Positions 7,509 to 17,068 of a DNA stretch of 20,000 nt are shown here, in pieces. Position numbers and translations under genes: made by a program. Source of the stretch: an uncultured virus (IMG/VR IMGVR_UViG_2724679346_000005) (lineage: Duplodnaviria > Heunggongvirae > Uroviricota > Caudoviricetes). The notes below the pieces were generated by a model. That model saw nothing but the letters and a program-made list of their open reading frames with translations, was not told the DNA's origin and did not search any database. The stretch lies in the IMG/VR virus record IMGVR_UViG_2724679346_000005. One strand, given 5' to 3'. Position 1 is the first letter of the stretch, and every line of letters starts with the position of its first letter.

Positions 7509-10060
7509 CCACGCATTCCCGTGGCCGCATCACCCCAGCTCCACCGCTGCCTTATCCGGGCAGCGGTGATGTTTCTATTAAATGGGATCATCCGTGGAAT
7601 GCCCCGCGCCCCGCGATTGGTGGTCACCAATCTTTAGTGCCGGCCGCAGTGGTAGCAAAACCAAAATCTCACCCGCTGGTTATCCGTTACGTAAAACGCC
7701 TGAATGCGCTGGGCTATACCGAGCTACGGGAGCCTAACCTCACATTGCTTAAGATTCGTAAGGAGCGCGCCGCGCTTGAGCGCCAGATCTATTTGAGGGA
7801 CAAGCAACAATGGGCGGATTCACCGCAAGGTGTAGAAGCCCGCATTGATCAGCAACCTATATTTATTAAGTCCCACTTTCAAAATAAAATTAGATGGTTA
7901 CGTGAAAATCATGGTGATAAACATACCAATGCATTCTTAACCGGTACCGGCAAGAATGCATTGTTACGTCTGGATGCCGTGCGCCAATACCAAGGCGTTA
8001 GCCAGGGTCGTATTTCTGAGTTAATGGCCTATTTTCAGGGTATCTATAGTCACCTTGCCGAACTGAACAAGCGCCGGGTCAAGTCGCTGGCGAGTGAGGT
8101 AGCTGGCCGTATTAATGAAATGTTCTGCACTGAGGTATCAACACCCACCGAAGAAACCCGTATTTTATCTGATGCCGAGTTATTGACCATTTATCGCAAT
8201 ATTGCGCTTGAGGTGTGGTCTTTACGGGTCAGGCCGCCGCACTGGCGCGAGTTGGGGCCGAAGCCCAATCAACCAGATGAACCAGTAGATCGCACGGTCT
8301 ACTATTCCGCTATTGCCCGATCGATTAACCCCGATTGGTGGGAGCGTAAATTGTGGCGACTGCGTAATGATTGGCGAGAAAGCCAGTTACGCGCCGCTGG
8401 CTTGATCCACAAGCGTGCCGCACCCTATGTCAGTAAAGAGGCATTGGCCGACTGGATAGAGCAAAAACGCCGTAATCGCGAATTCTTCAAGCGACATGAA
8501 TTAGTTGATGATGAGGGTAACACCGTTTCTTTAGAGGCGATGGTGGATGCCTGTATCAGCAATCCAACGATACGCCGCCATGAATTAATGGCTCGCATGC
8601 AAGGGATCGAACTGGTTGCACAGTCGCGTGGGGATGTTGGGGTGTTTTACACCATCACTTGCCCATCTAAATACCACGCCAACAACCAAAGCGGCCACGC
8701 TAACCCGAAGTGGAATCACAGCACGCCACCACAGGCACAAGCCTATCTTACAAAGTTATGGGCCAATATCGGATCCAAGCTAGGCCGTGAAAATCTGCGC
8801 GTTTATGGTTTCCGTGTCGCTGAACCGCATCATGACGGTACACCGCACTGGCACTTGTTGTTATTCATGAAGCCGCAAGAACGCCACGCCATCACTGAGA
8901 TTATGCGCGCCTATGCCGTTAAAACTGATCGCGCCGAATTAGGTAAGCGCACCAGCGCCCGGTTTACCGCTAAGCGGCTTGATCCGAAGAAAGGCAGCGC
9001 CACCGCCTATATCGCTAAATACATCAGTAAAAATATTGATGGATACGCGCTGGATGGCGAACTAGACCATGAAACCGGCAAGCCGCTGAAAGAGACGGCC
9101 CGCTTCGCTATGGCTTGGGCGTCACGCCACCGTATCCGACAATATCAGCCAATCGGCACACCACCGGTAACCGTCTGGCGGGAGCTGCGCAAGCTGAGCA
9201 ATCAACTGGTCACTACGCTCAAGATTTCCGGCACCTATCAACGCGGCAAGCCGTTATTGATCGATCCGGCAATGGATGCCGTCACCGCCGCCGCAGATGC
9301 GGGCTGCTTTGCTACCTACATCATGAAGCAAGGCGGCGTGCTGATCCCACGTGAGGATTACACCGTGCGCATTGCCTATCAGGACAATGAACAGCCCAAC
9401 GCCTACGGCGAAATCACCGAGAAGATTTTCGGCATCTATTCCCCGCTTTTGGGTGAGGCGTCGCGCATCTGTACTCGCCTAAAAACTTGGAAAATTGTCG
9501 CCCGCCAAAAGGTGAAGCCCGCCGTTGTCGTGGGGTTTGATGTTTTTCAGGACGGCCCCGCCGTCCCTTGGAGTTCTGTCAATAACTCTCCGGTAGAGCA
9601 AAAAACACGCGAACCGGATGAGGCCATAGACAGAACATTAGAAGAAAAAATAATCGATTTCACCGCGATCACCGATGCAGAACGTCGGGCCTTGCTGCGC
9701 AGGATAAAAAGCGCGCCGGTACTAACGATTAAAACCAACGCATTGACGCCAGCCGAAGAATTATCACGCCAGGCATCAGCCGAAAAAGCCGCCCAGCGGC
9801 GAGAAAAAACCGCACGACTGGCACCAGTGGCAACAAAAATCCGCGATTTTGCCGAGTCAATCGGGCTTTCCATTAGCGAACAACAAGCGCAATCACTGGC
9901 TTGCGGCGCAACATTGACCATCGGCGGTCAGAACTGGCGGGCAAGAGAGGATTGTTGTTTGTACCAGTGCCAACCAACCACCGCCCAACGGGCATTTAGC
10001 GTAATGAGCCGGGTGGCAAAATTGCGAGAGGGAGTAAACCGTGAAAGTCACCAACATTAA
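7505..10060 (+). CDS. A: Rolling-circle replication initiator protein A (HUH endonuclease)
   Basis: FYTITCPSKYH, EPHHDGTPHWH, AYIAKYISKNIDG with two catalytic Tyr. Confidence 0.96.
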   Translation: MTTHSRGRITPAPPLPYPGSGDVSIKWDHPWNAPRPAIGGHQSLVPAAVVAKPKSHPLVIRYVKRLNALGYTELREPNLTLLKIRKERAALERQIYLRDKQQWADSPQGVEARIDQQPIFIKSHFQNKIRWLRENHGDKHTNAFLTGTGKNALLRLDAVRQYQGVSQGRISELMAYFQGIYSHLAELNKRRVKSLASEVAGRINEMFCTEVSTPTEETRILSDAELLTIYRNIALEVWSLRVRPPHWRELGPKPNQPDEPVDRTVYYSAIARSINPDWWERKLWRLRNDWRESQLRAAGLIHKRAAPYVSKEALADWIEQKRRNREFFKRHELVDDEGNTVSLEAMVDACISNPTIRRHELMARMQGIELVAQSRGDVGVFYTITCPSKYHANNQSGHANPKWNHSTPPQAQAYLTKLWANIGSKLGRENLRVYGFRVAEPHHDGTPHWHLLLFMKPQERHAITEIMRAYAVKTDRAELGKRTSARFTAKRLDPKKGSATAYIAKYISKNIDGYALDGELDHETGKPLKETARFAMAWASRHRIRQYQPIGTPPVTVWRELRKLSNQLVTTLKISGTYQRGKPLLIDPAMDAVTAAADAGCFATYIMKQGGVLIPREDYTVRIAYQDNEQPNAYGEITEKIFGIYSPLLGEASRICTRLKTWKIVARQKVKPAVVVGFDVFQDGPAVPWSSVNNSPVEQKTREPDEAIDRTLEEKIIDFTAITDAERRALLRRIKSAPVLTIKTNALTPAEELSRQASAEKAAQRREKTARLAPVATKIRDFAESIGLSISEQQAQSLACGATLTIGGQNWRAREDCCLYQCQPTTAQRAFSVMSRVAKLREGVNRESHQH
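9551..9590 (+). other. Replication origin within gene A
   Basis: Hairpin GACGGC-CCC-GCCGTC followed by CCTTG/GAGTTCTGTCAATAACT, resembling the P2 ori nick region; predicted nick at about 9570/9571. Confidence 0.75.
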
Positions 10061-10271
10061 TTACACCGACACCATTTGTATATTGTCAGCCGATGAACAG
10101 CGAGTCGCTCAAATGCTTGGCGATGCATGGAATCAATATTTACAGCTTTCAATTGAGCATCCCTGTGAACGTGATGAGTTCTGCCGAGCTATTCACGATT
10201 GCCAGAGAATCATATTAGCCCGCCCGGCAATTCGTGGGCTGGCGGAAAAAGGTCAGGGGTACAAAAAATGA
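10041..10271 (+). CDS. Hypothetical protein
   Basis: GTG start with GAGGGAG RBS, 76 aa, overlaps the end of A. Confidence 0.65.
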   Translation: MKVTNINYTDTICILSADEQRVAQMLGDAWNQYLQLSIEHPCERDEFCRAIHDCQRIILARPAIRGLAEKGQGYKK

Positions 10272-10612
10272 CAACAGCAAGTGAACGTAAACGCGCCCAG
10301 CGCCTGCGCGATAAAAAGTTAGGCATCACCGAACTTACCTTACGTATAGATACCGCAGAAATGGCAATGCTTTTGGATGGCTGCGAACAGCGCCGTATTG
10401 CTCGCGGGCCTTATGAACGGGCCGAGTATTTGATCGGCTTGCTCCGCCAGGACAATAAATTGCTACACAAACAGCTTGCTGAGTTGAAGAAAGACAGTTG
10501 CAAGCGGTGCGGTGATACATTGCCAGGTGATAGAGACGGTTGTTGTTTTCAAGGTGATACGGCGTGTTGGCAGACGTTGGGGTATAAGAAACTGATGTTG
10601 GACACCCTATAG
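10268..10612 (+). CDS. Hypothetical phage protein with Cys-rich C-terminus
   Basis: MTTASERKRAQRLRD... with CKRC...CC...C; ATGA overlap places the start at 10268. Confidence 0.75.
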   Translation: MTTASERKRAQRLRDKKLGITELTLRIDTAEMAMLLDGCEQRRIARGPYERAEYLIGLLRQDNKLLHKQLAELKKDSCKRCGDTLPGDRDGCCFQGDTACWQTLGYKKLMLDTL

Positions 10613-10730
10613 CGCGAGTGCTGATAGTGCACCACGGCAATATTGCACAAGTCACTTAAATGAATACATATGCGTGAAATTGAATAAAATACACGCGCCC
10701 ATCAATTTACTCTCAAAACCACCCCACACC

Positions 10731-10766
10731 AAAGCGCCTCCACGCCACGTAGAGAGGTGCTTTTTT
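10731..10766 (+). terminator. Rho-independent terminator of the early operon
   Basis: AAAGCGCCTC...GAGGTGCTTT stem running into a T6 tract. Confidence 0.7.
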
Positions 10767-10869
10767 CATTTCACCTACAATGATGTACTTTTTATATCGA
10801 AAGACTAGGGCTGCGCATGGCCGTTTTGGGGGGGATTTTGAACCCATATGAGAATGGATGCGGGGGCCA

Positions 10870-10975
10870 ACCGCACCCCGTTCCGCGCGCCCCCCCGCCC
10901 GCGCTTTGCAATGACTAGATACTCACTTTTCATGCAGTTAGAAAGAGGCTGAAAAGCCAGTATTGGCGCGGCTTA
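10870..10975. other. Putative cos (packaging/cohesive end) region
   Basis: GC-rich CCGCGCGCCCCCCCGCCCGCGC followed by TTTTCATGCAGTT and GCCAGTATTGGC, at the A-Q position where P2-like phages have cos; not identical to the P2 19-mer. Confidence 0.5.
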
Positions 10976-11114
10976 GATAATGATTAGGGAGTGAATAGAA
11001 TTATGCGGATTGTTGCGCTTTGAATTTGCAGGGTTGCAGTGGTCAGTTTACTAAATAATTTGGGCAATTATCACTGATTTTCGAGGTGGCCGTTGCGGCT
11101 TGCTCTTTTAAAAT

Positions 11115-11187
11115 CGTGACATGGCACAGAAATAAAATCAATAGGCTTGTGACATGTCACAAGCAATTTAATTTTCATCATTGTGAC
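11115..11187. repeat. Phased GTGACATGTCAC palindromic sites
   Basis: Perfect 20-bp palindrome GCTTGTGACATGTCACAAGC at 11145-11164; GTGACATGGCAC at 11116; TTGTGAC at 11181. Confidence 0.75.
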
Positions 11188-11251
11188 TGAAACAATTCTC
11201 AATATAAGAAATAAAGTGGCGGCCAGTTAATTTTCATGTGCATATAAATGC

Positions 11252-11273
11252 AAAAACCGCCTAAAAGACGGTT
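11252..11273 (-). terminator. Terminator after the portal gene
   Basis: Minus strand AACCGTC-TTTTA-GGCGGTT-TTT, 20 nt after the Q stop. Confidence 0.6.
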
Positions 11274-11293
11274 AGCATATGCATAAGTTGGAT

Positions 11294-12337
11294 TTACTCT
11301 TGTTTGGCAAGTAATTCATACGGCTTAAATCTGACAACTTCCTCCCCAACCCAATCATTTATTTCCATCAGCCGTTCTTGCAAGGGGGCCAGTTCGTTAA
11401 TGGCAAACACCCGCGCGGCTTTTTCTACATCACCAAAACCGCCGGTGTTATTGGGTAAAATCCCCATCAGTTGAGGTGGCACCCGTTGCATAGCGAGCTG
11501 GTCGTCGCGGGTGACGTTCTTAATGCTGGCAAATTCATCCTTGGCGGCAACCTCTGCAAGTGGGATCACCTGTATGCCGTCCTTTTTACCGGCCGGGGCA
11601 TACATAAACAAATTGCGGAAATTGCCCGGCCCTTTGGATTCTTTCAGCGCCTTACGTAAGGCGTCGATATCCTCCTGTTTATGGGCGGCGTCGTTCATAT
11701 ACAGAATAAATCCAGCGTGACTGCCATTCAGATAATATTTACGGCGGAACAAAGTGGCTGCTTCATTAAGCCAGGTCGAGTTTAGCGAGGCGAGATATTC
11801 AGGAACGCCGTAGATCTCCTGATTAATATCCGGGTCTAGCAGGTGAAAAACGCTATTGGCTTCAAACGGGTGTGGGTTGGCATAGGATGAGACATACCAA
11901 TAGGTGTCCGCCTCCACGCCGCGGCGGGTGTATTTTGCTGGGCTGGGTACCAGTTTCATGATGCCGCCCAGCCGGTTATAGCGGGCCTCTAAAAACGAAT
12001 TAGCGAATACCAAAAAATCCAGCGCATAGCGGCTAAAGTCCTGTTTTGATAGCAGCCGGTGCGGCTCAAACAGGCTAACCAGTACATTACGTTTCATGTA
12101 GATAGGCGAGCTGTGATGCACCGCCGCACGAAATGACTTAGCCAGACCGTTGAATGACACCGGCGGCTCATACCAGCGATCCATCACGGCACATTCCAAA
12201 TAATCCAGAATATCGCGCCGATCCATCATTGGGATCGGGTCGTCAAAAGTAAACGCCTCAGCCTGTGCGGTACTATTGCCCGCCATAGCTGTTGTCACCT
12301 TGGCCGAGCGGGTTTTCCTGTTGCGTTTACTCATCAA
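11294..12337 (-). CDS. Q: Portal protein
   Basis: WYEPPVS...HHSS, QEIYGVPEYL, GPGNFRNLF, RVPPQLMG motifs of P2 gpQ. Confidence 0.96.
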   Translation of the reverse strand: MMSKRNRKTRSAKVTTAMAGNSTAQAEAFTFDDPIPMMDRRDILDYLECAVMDRWYEPPVSFNGLAKSFRAAVHHSSPIYMKRNVLVSLFEPHRLLSKQDFSRYALDFLVFANSFLEARYNRLGGIMKLVPSPAKYTRRGVEADTYWYVSSYANPHPFEANSVFHLLDPDINQEIYGVPEYLASLNSTWLNEAATLFRRKYYLNGSHAGFILYMNDAAHKQEDIDALRKALKESKGPGNFRNLFMYAPAGKKDGIQVIPLAEVAAKDEFASIKNVTRDDQLAMQRVPPQLMGILPNNTGGFGDVEKAARVFAINELAPLQERLMEINDWVGEEVVRFKPYELLAKQE

Positions 12338-14097
12338 TATATCTCCATCACACTGGTGTTATTGCTGTTAATGCCCTCAAGAGGCTCATGGAATAAGGCG
12401 TGCATAATGGCCCATGCCACGTCGCCGTGACTGACGCCCTCAGATCTGCTAGTAACAAAAGTGGCGTTTCGCCCAGTGGCGGTCATGGTTTTGCGGATAG
12501 ACATAAATGCGGTGGCGATATCAATGCAGCCCGCATCAAACTCCAGACGGCCGCCATGAATGATATTTTTTGCCTTATAAATGAGGTCGGCTTTCATTTC
12601 CAGGCTGTAGTGAATGGCGTTCACTGCCGGGAAGAATTGCCGTACTAATTGCGTCACGGAACGGCCCAGACCGGTATCATCAATGCCGATATAGGTGACG
12701 TTATAGCGCTCAGTGATCTTTTTGATATTGCTGGCTTGATCGGCAAAATCCATCCCTTTCCACTGGTGGCGCTCCAATACCCTGAACTTACCGCCCGCCA
12801 CCACTGGCGGTGCAATGACGGCGCAACCCGCACTATCGCCGGTGCTGGCCGGGTCGTAGCCAATCCACACCGGCCTATCACCAAATGGGCGTAGCGCCAG
12901 CAATTTGACGTCTGTCCATTTTTCCCAGCTATCCACCATGCAGCGCTGCATTTCTGCAAGTTTGAACGTGGAAGCGTTATCGTCAATGAAGCCGCACATA
13001 AACAGGTTTTCAAAATCTTGATCGCTGTTTTCATTGCGTAACTCATCAATATCAAACAGGTCGCAGCCACCTTTCAGTGCATCCTCAATAGTGACAATCT
13101 GGCGGTACTGCTTATCCTCACATAACCGGCCTCCGGCCAGCCGTGGGTAGCTGACATCAATTTCAATGCGTTTATCTTTGGCTTTACCTTTGTTAAACAG
13201 CGTGCCCGCCCAGAACGGATAAGCCTCATGTGAGGTGCTGGACGGAGTAGAAAAATAGGTGGAGCGGTATCTTTTCTGCGATGCCATGCCCGATGCGGCT
13301 CGGCGCAATTTTTGAAAGCCGGGTATCCAAAAATATTCATCCAGATAGAGATTGCCGGGGCGGCCCTGTGCGGTGCTGGCGTTGGTACCGAGAAAGTGCA
13401 TTTCCGCGCCATTGGGTAAAATAATCACCTCACCGCGCAAATCAACATCCACCTGACGTGCGGCGGCGACAATATAGTTTTTAAACTGGTGCGCCTGCGC
13501 TTTGGAGGCGGAAACAAACATCTGGTTGCGGCCAGTGTCGAGGGCATCAAGCAGCGCTTCCCATGAGAAAAAGTAGGTTGCACCGACTTGGCGGGATTTT
13601 AAGAAGTTACGAATACGGAAATCAGGCGATAAACCGGCTTCATACCAGTTGCGCTGATAGTCGAACATGGATTCATTGAAAATATCTTTCAGCTTGGCAA
13701 CCTGCGCCTCACTGAATACATTTTTCTGGGGTGCCTTACGTGTTCCGCTGTTGCGCTTCTCAATGTTAGGGTTGAGATCGGCCTCATTGCCGCCATCATT
13801 GTATTTACCGATCCGGGCGTGGCGTTCGGCTTGCCGGCCCAGCAAATCAATCTCTTTGTAGTCTTTGGGTTCCTTGGCTGATTTCATGACAAGTCGGCAA
13901 TATTCCGCTGCCGTGGTCAGTTGCATCTGATCCAATGGCCCGTAAGCGTCCCACTTGTCGCGGCGCTTCCAACTGTGTACCGTGACGGCTTTCTCACCGA
14001 TCATTTCCGCAATCCGGGCAATACGCAGCCCTTGCCAATACAGATACATGGCTTGACGGCGGGGATCTAAATCGGCATTGATAGAAACGCTTTCCAT
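12334..14097 (-). CDS. P: Terminase ATPase subunit
   Basis: DPRRQAMYLYWQG, KSRQVGAT, LYLDEYFW, WIGYDP, HGDVAWA. Confidence 0.97.
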   Translation of the reverse strand: MESVSINADLDPRRQAMYLYWQGLRIARIAEMIGEKAVTVHSWKRRDKWDAYGPLDQMQLTTAAEYCRLVMKSAKEPKDYKEIDLLGRQAERHARIGKYNDGGNEADLNPNIEKRNSGTRKAPQKNVFSEAQVAKLKDIFNESMFDYQRNWYEAGLSPDFRIRNFLKSRQVGATYFFSWEALLDALDTGRNQMFVSASKAQAHQFKNYIVAAARQVDVDLRGEVIILPNGAEMHFLGTNASTAQGRPGNLYLDEYFWIPGFQKLRRAASGMASQKRYRSTYFSTPSSTSHEAYPFWAGTLFNKGKAKDKRIEIDVSYPRLAGGRLCEDKQYRQIVTIEDALKGGCDLFDIDELRNENSDQDFENLFMCGFIDDNASTFKLAEMQRCMVDSWEKWTDVKLLALRPFGDRPVWIGYDPASTGDSAGCAVIAPPVVAGGKFRVLERHQWKGMDFADQASNIKKITERYNVTYIGIDDTGLGRSVTQLVRQFFPAVNAIHYSLEMKADLIYKAKNIIHGGRLEFDAGCIDIATAFMSIRKTMTATGRNATFVTSRSEGVSHGDVAWAIMHALFHEPLEGINSNNTSVMEIY

Positions 14098-14170
14098 GTG
14101 AAATAGCCTGCTTTATTACTTAATTGCAGCAAGGCTACCTATCTGCACCTCCCCCATCCTGCATTACACC

Positions 14171-14190
14171 TTGTGCCAGCCATAGCACAA
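14171..14190. promoter_or_regulatory. Ogr/Delta-type late activator site for the divergent P and O promoters
   Basis: TTGTGC-CAGCCATA-GCACAA fits TGT-N12-ACA, centred in the P-O intergenic region. Confidence 0.75.
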
Positions 14191-14267
14191 GAGCGCCTGA
14201 TTGTTCCGTTGGTCGCCGGTCGCCAACATAGGTCACTACTGTATCGAATCAGACCGGAGCATCACGC

Positions 14268-15083
14268 ATGACCGTAAAAGCAAAAAAATTCCGCATTGGC
14301 GTAGAGGGTGCCACCACTGATGGCCGCACCATCACCCGCGAATGGCTAACGCAAATGGCCGATAGCTACAACACCACGGTATACGGTGCCCGAATCAATA
14401 TGGAGCACATCAAAGGCTATTCACCAGACAGCACCTTTAAACGCTATGGTGATGTGACGGGCCTGAGTGCCGAAGAAATCAAGGACGGGCCGTTATCGGG
14501 GAAAATGGCACTGTATGCCGAAATCAGCCCTACAGCCGATTTGGTAGAAATGGTGAAGGATCGCCAAAAGGTTTACACCTCAATGGAAGTAAATATTAAA
14601 TTTGCTGACACCAACAGTGCCTATCTTGTTGGCCTTGCGGTCACTGATGATCCCGCCAGTCTGGGTACTGAAATGTTGAATTTCAGCGCCAGCGCCTCCG
14701 CTAATCCGCTGGCCTCCCGTAAGCAAGCCCCTGAGAACCTGTTTACCGCCGCAGAAGAAACGCTGATTGAATTCGAAACCGAGCAAGAACCTAAAACCAA
14801 CCTGCTTACCACCATTAAAACCCTGTTTACCAAAAAGCAAACCGGTGATGACGCACGTTTTAACGATGTGCATCAGGCGGTTGAATTAGTCGCGCAGCAA
14901 GTTGAGGGGAAATTGTCGGCTATCAGCACCTTGGAGCGGTCCTTTACGGAGCTTAAAACTGCCAATGATGCGACCAAACAGGAACTTGATGAGCTGAAAA
15001 TCACGCTCAGCAAAACAGATCGCGACTTCTCTCAACGCGAAAAATCAACCGGCAATGACAGCGCCATTCTGACTGATTGCTAA
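14268..15083 (+). CDS. O: Capsid scaffolding protein/protease
   Basis: FRIGVEGATTDGR, YGARINMEH, YLVGLAVTDDPASLGTE. Confidence 0.96.
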   Translation: MTVKAKKFRIGVEGATTDGRTITREWLTQMADSYNTTVYGARINMEHIKGYSPDSTFKRYGDVTGLSAEEIKDGPLSGKMALYAEISPTADLVEMVKDRQKVYTSMEVNIKFADTNSAYLVGLAVTDDPASLGTEMLNFSASASANPLASRKQAPENLFTAAEETLIEFETEQEPKTNLLTTIKTLFTKKQTGDDARFNDVHQAVELVAQQVEGKLSAISTLERSFTELKTANDATKQELDELKITLSKTDRDFSQREKSTGNDSAILTDC

Positions 15084-15119
15084 CTCATTTCGCTTGCTAC
15101 GTTAAGGATTTAATTTCAC

Positions 15120-16175
15120 ATGAAAAAAACCACCCGATTAAAGTACAACCAGTACCGCCAGCAGGTTGCTAGCCTGAACGGTTTGGACAATAAAGAGGAT
15201 ATCAGCGCGAAATTTACCGTTGAGCCGTCTATTGCGCAAAAACTGGAAACCAAACAACAGGAGAGCAGTGTTTTCCTGTCCAAAATCAACATGTATCCAG
15301 TGGATGAGAAGGAGGGTGAAAAGGTTGGCTTAAGTATTGACCGCCCGATTGCCAGCACCACAGATACCACGCAGAAAGAACGTGAAGCATCAGACCCTAG
15401 CGGTCTGGATGGGACAAAATACAACTGTACCCAGACTAACTTTGATACCGCGCTGCCTTATATCAAATTGGATATGTGGGCTAAATTCCCTGATTTTCAA
15501 ACTCGCATCCGTGATGCCATTGTGAAACGCCAGGCACTGGATCGCATCATGATCGGCTTTAACGGTATCAAGCGGGTAAAAACCTCTGATCATACCGTTA
15601 ATAAGCTATTGCAAGATGTCAACCGGGGCTGGCTGCAAAGCATTCGTGATGATGCGCCGGGCCAGATGATGGATAAGATTGTTGATGATAAAGGCGATGT
15701 TATCTCGCCTAAAATCCGCATCGGCAAAGGCGGCGATTTCAATAATCTGGATGCGCTGGTGATGGCTGCAACCGATGAACTGATCGAGCCCTGGTTCCAG
15801 GAAGATACCGAGCTTGTCGCGATTACCGGCCGCCAGTTACTGGCCGACAAATATTTTCCTATCGTCAACCAATCACAGCCGAACACAGAAGCGCTGGCCG
15901 CTGACTTGATTATCAGTCAGAAGCGTATCGGTGGTCTGCCCGCAGTACGTGCGCCGTCTTTCCCGCCTGATGCCATTTTTATCACCCGGCTAGATAACCT
16001 GTCTATTTACTGGCAGGACGGCACCCGCAGGCGCTCAATCATCGACAACCCACGCCGTGACCGTATTGAAAACTTTGAATCGGTTAACGAGGCCTACGTG
16101 GTTGAAGATTTTGGCTGTGTGGCCCTGATTGAAAACATTGAGTTCGGTGATTTTTCCGTCCCAGCAGAGGGTTAA
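15120..16175 (+). CDS. N: Major capsid protein
   Basis: LDMWAKFPDFQ, ALDRIMIGFNG, LLQDVNRGWLQ, NEAYVVED. Confidence 0.97.
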   Translation: MKKTTRLKYNQYRQQVASLNGLDNKEDISAKFTVEPSIAQKLETKQQESSVFLSKINMYPVDEKEGEKVGLSIDRPIASTTDTTQKEREASDPSGLDGTKYNCTQTNFDTALPYIKLDMWAKFPDFQTRIRDAIVKRQALDRIMIGFNGIKRVKTSDHTVNKLLQDVNRGWLQSIRDDAPGQMMDKIVDDKGDVISPKIRIGKGGDFNNLDALVMAATDELIEPWFQEDTELVAITGRQLLADKYFPIVNQSQPNTEALAADLIISQKRIGGLPAVRAPSFPPDAIFITRLDNLSIYWQDGTRRRSIIDNPRRDRIENFESVNEAYVVEDFGCVALIENIEFGDFSVPAEG

Positions 16176-16181
16176 TCCATT

Positions 16182-16835
16182 ATGAGCAACCCCGTTCGCC
16201 GCCATCGGCTATTTGTCGCGGCTCAGCAATCATCATCACTGAGCGAGGCGGCAAGCCTCAGCCATGCCAGCAACTACGAGCTGTTGTTGTTCAAACTGCA
16301 ACAGGATATGGCCCAATTGAGCCTTATCGAGTCAATCAGCCGCAAGGCCGAGGTTAAGCAAGGCATGTTACCCACATACCAACCGTGGGTGGCCGGTGTG
16401 TTGGCAAAAGGCAGTGGCGAACAGGACGATATTCTGATGCGCATGTTGATTTGGCATCTTGACGTTGGCGATATCCGCAACGCATTAGATATCGCAGAGT
16501 ATGCCGTCCAGCATGGCTTGGTGACTCCCGACAGCTTTAAGCGCACCACCGCGTGCCTGATTGGCGATGAAGTCGCCGCCATTGCACGGCAAACCTTGGC
16601 CGATGAAAAGCCGCTGGATACCCCGCAGCTATTGCGCGCCCAGCAAATGTTAACCGGTCAGGATATGCCGGATGTCGTCAGCGCCCGCCTGCATAAGTTT
16701 GTCGGCTATGCCCTGCGTCAGGACGGCGACAACGTTCTCGCACTGGCAAACCTGAAAACGGCGCTGCAACTGGACGATAACAGCGGTGTGAAAACCGATA
16801 TCAAGAATCTTGAGAAGCTGATTAAAGCGTCTTAG
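16182..16835 (+). CDS. M: Terminase endonuclease (small) subunit
   Basis: MSNPVRRH...DMPDVVSARLHK...GVKTDI. Confidence 0.93.
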   Translation: MSNPVRRHRLFVAAQQSSSLSEAASLSHASNYELLLFKLQQDMAQLSLIESISRKAEVKQGMLPTYQPWVAGVLAKGSGEQDDILMRMLIWHLDVGDIRNALDIAEYAVQHGLVTPDSFKRTTACLIGDEVAAIARQTLADEKPLDTPQLLRAQQMLTGQDMPDVVSARLHKFVGYALRQDGDNVLALANLKTALQLDDNSGVKTDIKNLEKLIKAS

Positions 16836-16966
16836 AGAAAATTCGATTAGGCGTGATTGTTGCAGGCAGTTTGGACGCGGACAGCGCGGAGCAACCGGAG
16901 CGTACACGCAGTACGTGAGGATTGCGAGCACTGCCCAAGTCCAAAATGGCAAATAAAATAGCCTAA
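16833..16966. repeat. Enterobacterial miniature palindromic repeat (YPAL/ERIC-related MITE-like element)
   Basis: Long imperfect hairpin 16847-16966: TTAGGC/GCCTAA, TTTGGAC/GTCCAAA, CGTAC/GTACG; core GGAGCGTACACGCAGTACGTGA resembles the ERIC core; left boundary inferred. Confidence 0.75.
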
Positions 16967-17068
16967 CCCCCCAACCGCCCCGGCGAGGGCGGCACGCTGG
17001 CTAACCCAGAATATTTATTACTCTGGCAAAGCCACCGTTCACCGCCCGTTTATTTTTGGAGTGTCGGC

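Noticed and set aside
10855..10880. TGCGG/CCGCA hairpin as a tRNA or att fragment
   Set aside because: No cloverleaf or T-loop; att sites are expected beyond int, outside the window
11145..11164. CRP site interpretation of TGTGA...TCACA
   Set aside because: The spacer is 4 nt, whereas CRP requires 6
11115..11187. Mini-CRISPR interpretation of the 33-bp periodic repeats
   Set aside because: The repeats are short and degenerate, the period is too small, and there are no cas genes
16650..16952. 100-aa minus-strand ORF
   Set aside because: It starts inside the palindromic repeat and runs antisense to M
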